A DNA stretch of 63,450 bases, the filler included, from Octopus bimaculoides (Eukaryota), in assembly GCF_001194135.2 (NCBI RefSeq). It is 7 parts of 6 records of this genome, joined end to end, with 100 filler letters (N's around TTAATTAATTAA, not from the genome) between each part and the next. Parts side by side here need not be neighbours in the genome. Positions count along the whole stretch, not along the records: positions 52,377 to 58,943 come from NC_068990.1; positions 59,044 to 63,450 come from NC_069008.1; 5 more parts are not named here. One strand, given 5' to 3'. This document shows positions 53,820 through 63,450 of this stretch, in pieces. The notes beneath the pieces are model-generated. The model worked only from the letters and a program-made list of their open reading frames with translations. It was not told where the DNA came from and did no database searches. The first letter of the stretch is position 1. The number at the start of each line of letters is the position of its first letter. The position numbers and the translations under genes were made by a program.

Positions 53820-55040
53820 CAGGGATTGGACAAAATAATGGAAACATCTCAAAATTTCTAACAAATTTATTTAAATATGGGTAGGACCGCCTTTGGCAGT
53901 AATTACAGCTTGAATTCTATGAGGCATGGACTCGTACAAAGTTTGAATTTTTTCCAAAGGAATTTTTGTCTGTACTTGTACTGATGATGGTGGAGGATAT
54001 CGATTCCTTACTTGTTTTTCTAAACTGCACCATAAACGTTCAATAATATTGAGATCTGGGGACTGTGGTGACCAGATAAGATGTTCAACTTCACTAGAAT
54101 GTTCCTCGTGCCATTCAGTAACAACTTTATCTGTGTGAATTGGTGCATTATCATCCTGAAAGATTGCGTTTCCCTCCGGAAACAGTTTCGCAACCATAGG
54201 ATGAATTTGATCAGATAAAATGCTTAAATAGTCTTGACTATTAATTCTGCCATGATGGGAAACCATTGGGTCAGCGGATTTCCAAGATATAGCCTCCCAA
54301 ACCATCACAGATCCTCCTCCATGTTTAACAGTTGGAAGAAGGCAGTCTGGGTCAAATGCTTCTTCCGGTTGTTTCCACATGTATCCTCGGCCCGTGGTTG
54401 GAAACAAGATAAAGGATGACTCGTCCGAGAAAATAACATTCTTCTACTGCTCTAGGGACCAATTCTGTAGGTTTTTACTTCACTCTAAACGCTTTGCAAC
54501 GTTTGTTTTTGAAAGTAGTGGTTTTCTGATTGCAGCCCTCCTGTGAAATCCGGCTTTATGCAGCTCCCAGCGAACAGCTTTTGTGGAAACTGGGTTCTCG
54601 AGGTGGTCATTAAGCTCTGCAGTAATTTGAAAGCTCTACTTTTGTGATCCTTTCTAACAATTCACGTAAGAGTCCGACGGTTCCTGTCTGAAAGTTTTGG
54701 TTTTCTTCCGAAGTCTTGTTTCGATAAGGAGGTTTTTCCCTCATTCTCAAAGGCTGTCATTACTTTCGAGACAGTACTTCTTGATACACCAAACATTTCA
54801 GCTGTTTTCATTACGCTAGCGCCTGCAATAGGAATACCAACAATCTGATCTCTTTGAAAGTCCGATAAATCTGTCATTTTACTGAATTTTATTTACCTTT
54901 TGCTAATGATATCTGAAAAGAAACAGCAATTTTAGTAAAACATATTAAGCAACACTAATAATAAATCAAAAACATAAAAATAAACAAGATTTTGACGGTT
55001 TTATAGATATTTCAAAATTATGATGCTATGATGCTAGGTG
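53820..55040 (-). mobile_element. Tc1-family transposon with a DD36E transposase pseudogene (53871-54877)
   Basis: TA + cagggattggacaaaataatggaaaca terminus. Peptides MTDLSDFQRDQIVG..., VIFSDESSF and QDDNAPIH...SPDLNIIE (36 residues between D and E), with stops and a frameshift. The other end lies in a gap. Confidence 0.92.
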
Positions 55041-56022
55041 NNNNNNNNNNNNNNNNNNNNNNNNNNNNNNNNNNNNNNNNNNNNNNNNNNNNNNNNNNNN
55101 NNNNNNNNNNNNNNNNNNNNNNNNNNNNNNNNNNNNNNNNNNNNNNNNNNNNNNNNNNNNNNNNNNNNNNNNNNNNNNNNNNNTATATAAATATCCTGAT
55201 CGATCGTCTCTTTTTCTCTTTCGCTTTCTATCTCTCTCTGTCTCTCTCTCTGCCTGTCACTCTTTCTCTTTCTTATTCTCTCTCACTCCCCCCTCTCTCT
55301 CACTCTCTCTTTCTCTCCATCTCTTACTTTCCCTCCCTCTCTCTCACTCTTTTCCCCTCCTTCTCTCTTCCGCTCCCTCTTTTTTCCTTTCCCTCTCACT
55401 CTCCCTCAAAAAGGAAACACAGCTCTCATGACCCGCTGCAGAATCTGTCAGACTGGCTGGAGAAAAGGAAGAAGTTATTTTCAGATTGTAGATCTTCCTT
55501 GCAGTAAAATCACTGCAAAAACAGGTGATGATATTCGACCAGGTGATTAATTTAATCTTCTACTTAAGAACAGGTTTACTCATTCAGACAATTTTCGACT
55601 CAGGCTTCTGTCTATCAAATGTCACTCATAAAACATTAAGTCTGCGAGGTTTTGATAGAAGAGATGCCCCGCTGTTAAGCGAATTTCTTAACCATGGAAC
55701 CAACTTGCAATCCGAAAGTCAGAAGAACCACAGGCAACATTCTAAATTTCACATGACTTTGGAGCAATTAACTAACTACAAAAATAATTTAGCAAATGGA
55801 CGTATTTCAGCAAGAGAAAGTAAAATGAAAACAATATATTTCCGATTGTGTGACGCCTTAAAATGGGACATAACTTTCTTGAAATCAAGGGGGATAATTC
55901 TGTTTAGATCTGGTTGCCTGTGTCAAATTGCCACTGCTAGCTGCAATAAAATAAATACTTGGTCGCTTGATCTGCTTGAAATAACAACTAAATATCTTTC
56001 AAATTACACCAGATGCTAAAGA

Positions 56023-56068
56023 GGCGGGATGAATGATTTAGGGCTAAATAACAATATTAAGCCAATCA
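56023..56068 (+). promoter_or_regulatory. GC box plus CCAAT box pair
   Basis: GGCGGG at 56023-56028 and AGCCAATCA at 56060-56068 in non-repeat sequence; motif match only. Confidence 0.25.
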
Positions 56069-56217
56069 CGGGCCCCTCCGAAACCACTCTGTTCGCTGGG
56101 AATAGCAAACAAAGCACACTCAAATTATACTATCCATCTTACTGATGAACTCGAGCTGAAGATATTTTGATTATGAATTTACTGAATTAGGTCTGACCTG
56201 GAACTCCAGCAATGTTG

Positions 56218-56348
56218 TTTCAAATTTTGGCACAAGTCCAGTGAGTGAGGAAGGGGTAGTCGATGATATCGACCGCAGTCTTTGACTGGTACTTTATTTT
56301 ATCATCCCCGAAAGATGAAAGGCAAAGATGACCTCGGCAGTATGTGAA
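56218..56348 (-). mobile_element. SINE family B, 5'-truncated
   Basis: Tail and central domain match 27673-27800. Confidence 0.8.
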
Positions 56349-56349
56349 G

Positions 56350-56389
<40 letters not shown>

Positions 56390-57383
56390 CGGGGAAAAAT
56401 GTCACCAAGCCTTTTGTCCAACGTATTGCAACAAAAAGTGTGCCCTCATAAACACGTGTCTTACATTTATTTGTTATGAACAAATTGTTTATATAACNNN
56501 NNNNNNNNNNNNNNNNNNNNNNNNNNNNNNNNNNNNNNNNNNNNNNNNNNNNNNNNNNNNNNNNNNNNNNNNNNNNNNNNNNNNNNNNNNNNNNNNNNNN
56601 NNNNNNNNNNNNNNNNNNNNNNNNNNNNNNNNNNNNNNNNNNNNNNNNNNNNNNNNNNNNNNNNNNNNNNNNNNNNNNNNNNNNNNNNNNNNNNNNNNNN
56701 NNNNNNNNNNNNNNNNNNNNNNNNNNNNNNNNNNNNNNNNNNNNNNNNNNNNNNNNNNNNNNNNNNNNNNNNNNNNNNNNNNNNNNNNNNNNNNNNNNNN
56801 NNNNNNNNNNNNNNNNNNNNNNNNNNNNNNNNNNNNNNNNNNNNNNNNNNNNNNNNNNNNNNNNNNNNNNNNNNNNNNNNNNNNNNNNNNNNNNNNNNNN
56901 NNNNNNNNNNNNNNNNNNNNNNNNNNNNNNNNNNNNNNNNNNNNNNNNNNNNNNNNNNNNNNNNNNNNNNNNNNNNNNNNNNNNNNNNNNNNNNNNNNNN
57001 NNNNNNNNNNNNNNNNNNNNNNNNNNNNNNNNNNNNNNNNNNNNNNNNNNNNNNNNNNNNNNNNNNNNNNNNNNNNNNNNNNNNNNNNNNNNNNNNNNNN
57101 NNNNNNNNNNNNNNNNNNNNNNNNNNNNNNNNNNNNNNNNNNNNNNNNNNNNNNNNNNNNNNNNNNNNNNNNNNNNNNNNNNNNNNNNNNNNNNNNNNNN
57201 NNNNNNNNNNNNNNNNNNNNNNNNNNNNNNNNNNNNNNNNNNNNNNNNNNNNNNNNNNNNNNNNNNNNNNNNNNNNNNNNNNNNNNNNNNNNNNNNNNNN
57301 NNNNNNNTCGAACAGTCTTTACTGCAATTTTTTAACCCCAAGAGGACATCTCTTCTAGCTGGTTAACGATATATATATATAGG

Positions 57384-57439
<56 letters not shown>

Positions 57440-58047
57440 CAAATGAGACCCTAACATATTCGAACTTTCTACAATCAGTAGCCAGTGCAGTCCGGTGTCA
57501 GTCACACGTTCTAAATGTCAACGGGGCAATTAACTAATTACAAAGGTTAACGGTGAGTTATATTGCTATTGAGTTTAGTGAACTGTCATGACATTCTCAA
57601 TTGTCGTCGCCTCAAAGTTGCTAGCTGTAAATAGACACTACTTTATGCAAGTGCATGCATGGATGTGATAAAGGCGTTTACATAGGGCTCAGATTTTGAA
57701 CCAACAGTTTTGTGCGGCACTTTGGTCAACATTAGTTCGATAAATGCTTGTGCAAAAACCCGTCCCGTTTTACATATATATCTTTATATAGACATATAGA
57801 GAAAAAAAATCGACAGACAAGATCCAGTGATGCTCAATATAGAAATCATTTGATTTGATCTTACACTCCGAAATCTTTACCGAGGATTAAATCCATGTGG
57901 TAAAGGGTGGATATAAGAGGAATGCAGGTGAGCCGATATGGACATAGTGATGCAAATAAACAAGTGAAACCGCTCGGGCTAAATGTACAAAATATACAAA
58001 CATGATAGATCGTTGACCAAGGACTATTCAATTTTTTTTCTCCGTAT

Positions 58048-58084
58048 TCTTTCTGTTGAAGAGCGTAGCTCGAAACGTTAAAGA
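58048..58084 (+). ncRNA. Hammerhead-like motif with variant core (CUGUUGA)
   Basis: UCUUU-CUGUUGA-A-GAGC-gua-GCUC-GAA-ACGU-U-AAAGA; same family as 36423. Confidence 0.65.
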
Positions 58085-58189
58085 CTTTCTGTATTCCCGA
58101 GCGTCAAACTAATACATTCTTTTGTTGTTTACACCACCTGTCCTCGTCTGTTGTTGTTTTTTTTTCGTACATTCTCCTACAAACATATA

Positions 58190-58291
<102 letters not shown>

Positions 58292-58666
58292 TAAACATGA
58301 CCGAAAATATTCAGACGATGAGTATCTCTGTATATATATATCGATATTTATATATTAACTGAGCAATAAAGACAGAGTATAAAGACAGAAAAATTAAAGG
58401 GAGAAGGTCTTACAACTGTTTCTATGGGCTCAGAATCTCTTCATAATATTGGCAGATATAGTTAGCAAAAGCTCGAGGATATGCAACTAGTTGTAGAAGC
58501 ATATAAACATTAGGTAGATCCGGCCTCCGTCTTTTAGGGAACAGAGATGGGTATCTAACAAGATAGATACTCATCTCATGTACACTTTTACATGTATATA
58601 TGCATGTATATTTTGTATAGCCCGAGCGGTTTCATTTGTTTGTTTGCAACATTATCTCTCTCTCTA

Positions 58667-58718
<52 letters not shown>

Positions 58719-59043
58719 GAACATTACTGTTTTCAAGTCCTGAAACTCATAGGACTTGAAACAGTAATGTTTCCACGACATGTAGGCTAACGAGATCACA
58801 ACACTCCCCTGAACAAAATAATAACCACTCGAAAGGGTTACTTATTTGTAGCTGAGTGGACTGGGAGCAATGTGGGAACGAAGTGGTTTGTTCAAGAAAT
58901 TAAAGCACCGCCAGAGCCGGGAATCGAAACCACACACACGCACNNNNNNNNNNNNNNNNNNNNNNNNNNNNNNNNNNNNNNNNNNNNTTAATTAATTAAN
59001 NNNNNNNNNNNNNNNNNNNNNNNNNNNNNNNNNNNNNNNNNNN

Positions 59044-59356
59044 CTAGTACTTATTCTATCGGTCTCTTTTGCCGAACCGCTAAGTTACGGGGATGTAAAC
59101 ACACCAGCATCGGTTCTCAAGCGATGTTGGGGGGACAAACACAGACACACAAACACATACACACACACACATATATAAATATACATATATACGACGGGCT
59201 ACTTTCAGTTTCCGTCTACCAAATCCACTCACAAGGCTTTGGTCGACCTGAGGCTATAGTAGAAGACACTTGCCCAAGATGCCACGCAGTGGGACTGAAC
59301 CCGAAACCATGTGGTTTGTAAGCAAGCTACTTACCACACAGCCACTCCTACGCCTA
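59044..59356 (-). mobile_element. SINE family A; the 3' end lies in a gap
   Basis: High identity to the reverse complement of 44657-45005. Confidence 0.92.
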
Positions 59357-59380
59357 TATATGTATATATATATATATATT

Positions 59381-59416
<36 letters not shown>

Positions 59417-60099
59417 TACAGACAGACAGACTGAGTTTCTTACTTAAAAACAATTTCCAAAGTGTTCTCCTTTCTTTGTTTGGGTGGAGGGTGTATCAGA
59501 TTTCTTTTCATGCAGTCTTCTCGTCTGCCCAGGTGTTGATGGGTGTATCACATACCTCCCACACACACACACACATGCACATGCAGGTGTTTGCACACAC
59601 TCATACATATATGCACACACATTCACACACATACGCATGAATACAAATTGCAAGAGGTCAAAATAATAAGCAAAAAAATACGTGAAAAAGCCCAAAAAAC
59701 CAGTTGTCATACTTTATTGAATGAAATGATTAATACTTGTTGAATAGAAGAAATATCAGGTGTGTTTTTATTTGAAATGATCAGTTTTGGGTCAGGCTGC
59801 AATGCCGCCTGTGTTTATGTCTAAGTAAAAACATACATAAGAGTGTGTGTGTGTGTGTGTGTGCAGATGTGCTTGGGCACACATTTACTTGTACAGAAAG
59901 ACTGACGTCACTGTGATCTAACCCGAAAACAATCATTTGAAATAAAACTCACCTGATGTTTTCTCTCTTCAAAAAGATTTAGTCATTTAGTCACTCAATA
60001 AAGCACAACCTATTTTCTATGTTTATGTGTTTGCTTTTGCAAGATTCTTCATGCTTCTGCCCCAGTCAACCGAAAACAGGTAGACACCCTACCATCACC

Positions 60100-61250
60100 C
60101 CCATGGCCAAGAATACCCTTATGGACAGATGGAAAGGGTGGATCAGTTAACATCTATGAACTAGAAGCAAGCACCATGAAGAGCATCCAACAAATAGCTA
60201 ATCCCGTCCACCAGGGTATTAACGAACAATAGATTACCCTAATAAGCACCCCAACTACAAACTACATGTTTTGGACACTCAACTGTAGATGGAAACTAGA
60301 AATAGCAAAGTTCAGATTCTCCATCCATACTATGCCAAACCCATGGCCTCCAGATCCCTGTGCCACAGAATACAACAAATGTGGATGATACTAAGTTCAA
60401 TATCCTGATATCGGACTTGATAAGGGTTATGAGAAAGGAGTCCTAAATGTGTGACCCAACGGAATTGAAGAGACACATACAGTACTTCATCTACTGCTTG
60501 CAGTTCTCCAGGGACAGTCAAAGAGAAAGGATCAGGGTGGACAAAGGAGCCATGACAAAACTCAAGACCATCATAGAGAATGATGCAAATGGGATCTGCC
60601 TGCTAGACAAGAGTAAATCATGGCATAGTATAGAAGGGACGAAGAGGAAGATTGGGAAGGCCAGCTCATGGTATGATGGCCAAACGTACCAAAACATCAT
60701 GTTCATCAATGCTACCCCTGGAGGAGAACTAACATATTAATTTAGAAAAACCTCGGGTAAATTGAATCCACTGACTGAAGCAGGAATGAAAGGCCAGGAA
60801 CTGCCATAAAATCCCTAATCTGTAGAACAAACCCATTTGAAAGAACATTCTGTACTGATAGGAACTGTATAGTGTGTAGGTTATGCCCAGAGATAAACAT
60901 GAAAACTAGGAATACAATTTACAGTGGTGTACAGAGGGATGGTGCAGAATCATGATAAGAATATAATGAAGAGAGAGCCCACAGCATAGGAAAGATTAAG
61001 GGTCACTGGCGATACCTCAAGGAGGAGAAAAGCACATTACTGCCATACCAACAAGCTAAGAACATGGGGCTCAATAGATAACATAGATGTTTCTATGCAT
61101 ACATATAACAAATATGATATTGAAACATTTTATGGAGGCCACACACATAATAAAAAGCAGACCAAGCGTCAACAGAAAACATAGAAAGAATAACACACTT
61201 CAATCCACCCCACAACATGACAATTGAAGGCAGAAGAGGGCAAAGAGAAA
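60100..61250 (+). pseudogene. Second Penelope-like element fossil (RT thumb plus a GIY-YIG-like region)
   Basis: DYPNKHPNYKLHVLDTQL*...YYAKPMAS; KFNILISDLIRVMR; HIQYFI...MFINATPGGEL; then a Cys-rich CIVCRLC..KTRNTIY segment. Confidence 0.65.
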
Positions 61251-61347
61251 GAAGGAGACACAGACACAAACAGCATAATGTAGAAACCCCTACACACACA
61301 CACACACACACATGCCAACCCTGACTACAATTTCTCTTGACTCAGCA

Positions 61348-62352
61348 GGTCTTCTCAAGCACAGCATTTTGCCTGATGATTGAAGAGTACATTTAAAAGG
61401 GCCAATTATGCGACACTGGCATAGGCCACAGCTAAGGTCTCACTTAGTTTTTCGGGTCTTCTCAAGCACAGCATTTTGCCTGATGATTGAAGAGTACATT
61501 TAAAAGGGCCAATTATGCGACACTGGCATAGGCNNNNNNNNNNNNNNNNNNNNNNNNNNNNNNNNNNNNNNNNNNNNNNNNNNNNNNNNNNNNNNNNNNN
61601 NNNNNNNNNNNNNNNNNNNNNNNNNNNNNNNNNNNNNNNNNNNNNNNNNNNNNNNNNNNNNNNNNNNNNNNNNNNNNNNNNNNNNNNNNNNNNNNNNNNN
61701 NNNNNNNNNNNNNNNNNNNNNNNNNNNNNNNNNNNNNNNNNNNNNNNNNNNNNNNNNNNNNNNNNNNNNNNNNNNNNNNNNNNNNNNNNNNNNNNNNNNN
61801 NNNNNNNNNNNNNNNNNNNNNNNNNNNNNNNNNNNNNNNNNNNNNNNNNNNNNNNNNNNNNNNNNNNNNNNNNNNNNNNNNNNNNNNNNNNNNNNNNNNN
61901 NNNNNNNNNNNNNNNNNNNNNNNNNNNNNNNNNNNNNNNNNNNNNNNNNNNNNNNNNNNNNNNNNNNNNNNNNNNNNNNNNNNNNNNNNNNNNNNNNNNN
62001 NNNNNNNNNNNNNNNNNNNNNNNNNNNNNNNNNNNNNNNNNNNNNNNNNNNNNNNNNNNNNNNNNNNNNNNNNNNNNNNNNTACACACACACACACACAC
62101 ACATGCCAACCCTGACTACAATTTCTCTTGACTCAGCAGGTCTTCTCAAGCACAGCATTTTGCCTGATGATTGAAGAGTACATTTAAAAGGGCCAATTAT
62201 GCGACACTGGCATAGGCCACAGCTAAGGTCTCACTTAGTTTTTCGGGTCTTCTCAAGCACAGCATTTTGCCTGATGATTGAAGGGTACATTTAAAAGGGC
62301 CAATTATGTGACACTGGCATAGGCCACAGCTAAGGTTTCACTTAGTTTGTCG
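61348..62352 (-). repeat. 107-bp tandem repeat derived from an RTE stop-codon/3'UTR region, spanning a gap
   Basis: ggtcttctcaa starts at 61348, 61455, 62139, 62246 and 62353. Confidence 0.9.
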
Positions 62353-62600
62353 GGTCTTCTCAAACACAGCATATCTCCAAAGGTCTCGGTCACTCATCAT
62401 TGCTTCTGTGAGGCCCAACGTTCGATGGTTGTGCTTAACCACCTCATCCCATGTCTTCCTGGGTCTACCTTTTCCACAGGTTCACTCCACTGTTAGAGTG
62501 TGACACTTCTTCACACAGCTGTCTTCATCCATACACATCATACAACCATACCAGCACAGTCATCTCTCCTACTCATCACATCTGATACTTCTTATGTCCC
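62338..62600 (-). pseudogene. RTE-clade LINE 3' end
   Basis: CWYGCMMCMDEDSCVKKCHTLTVE*TCGKGRPRKTWDEVV...DRDLWRYAVFEKTRQTK*. Confidence 0.85.
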
Positions 62601-62986
62601 ACTTTTCTCTCAGGGTGCTTACATTCTGTCAAATATGNNNNNNNNNNNNNNNNNNNNNNNNNNNNNNNNNNNNNNNNNNNNNNNNNNNNNNNNNNNNNNN
62701 NNNNNNNNNNNNNNNNNNNNNNNNNNNNNNNNNNNNNGTGCGTCTATGTGTGTGTATACACGCCTGTTTGTGTGTGTGTGTCTGTCTGTATGTATGTATT
62801 TATCCATGAATGGGAAATACTTCCGCCCGTCCCTCCCCGCTATTTTATCCCAAATTTGTTCAATTTTGTATTTTTTTTGCCAAAGATCCCCGTTTTCGGA
62901 TACGGAGGTTCCGGAAAATTGCCAAAAATCGGCATTGTGAAATTTTCTTCCCCAACTTCTTCAATTATGACTTTTTTCCCCCAACA

Positions 62987-63422
62987 CTAACCCTAAGACC
63001 GTGACCCTAACCCTAAAGGGATCTTTCTGATTTGGCAGGCGCCACTTTTCATTTATGTTTTATGTAGTGTTTTTGGTAACGAAACACTTTCAAACTTCGT
63101 ATACTTGTATATTTTGTGTTATAGAACAGATAAAAATTTTTGTATTCGAAGTTGTTTCATGTAAAAAAAATTGTCGTATTTCGGTAATTTCAACCAATCA
63201 CTGACGTCTATTGAGGTGAAAACAATTACTGCCGTGGAATGTAAACAACATGTCCTAACGGTGTCATGGGATCTATTCCCTTGAATAAAATTAGTGCCGT
63301 AGTTTGTCAACAACTATCCGTGATACTGTTATTTATGACATCGTTCGTGCGTTTGTACTGGTTTTAGCTTTAGGGTTCGGGTTTTAGAGTTAGGGTTAGT
63401 TTTAGGGTTACGGTTAGGGTTA
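62987..63422. repeat. Segment bounded by oppositely oriented telomere-like hexamer tracts
   Basis: CCCTAA-type tract at 62987-63016 and degenerate TTAGGG tract at 63364-63422. Confidence 0.6.
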
Positions 63423-63450
63423 TGATTATTTTTGCCATAACCTCACTCAT

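Noticed and set aside
61366-61400. CTGATGA in every 107-bp unit, suggesting a tandem HHR retrozyme
   Set aside because: There is no downstream GAAA, stem II or stem I complement. The unit derives from an RTE 3' end on the opposite strand.

Overview
This is a gapped, AT-rich, microsatellite-dense draft scaffold from a eukaryote. The SINE and MITE repertoire looks like an octopus (cephalopod) genome; that assignment comes from my recall of these repeats and is not verified. I found no intact host protein-coding gene, rRNA, true tRNA or CRISPR array. Almost all non-simple sequence is transposon-derived: at least five tRNA-headed SINE families, RTE and restriction-endonuclease-type LINE remnants, mariner/Tc1 fossils (one DD36E), TTAA-flanked MITEs, a Helentron-type element and two decayed Penelope-like elements (PLEs). 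The main discovery is seven minimal type-I hammerhead ribozyme (HHR) motifs from about five unrelated short elements. Two of these elements share a PLE-type insertion signature: a 5' inverted partial copy and a 12-bp target-site duplication (TSD). One is a tRNA-headed SINE fused to an HHR tail (47165-47627). The other is a 351-bp retrozyme-like unit (25296-25873). A third family carries a shared non-canonical core (CUGU instead of CUGA). All structures were read by eye and none of the ribozymes has been shown to cleave.
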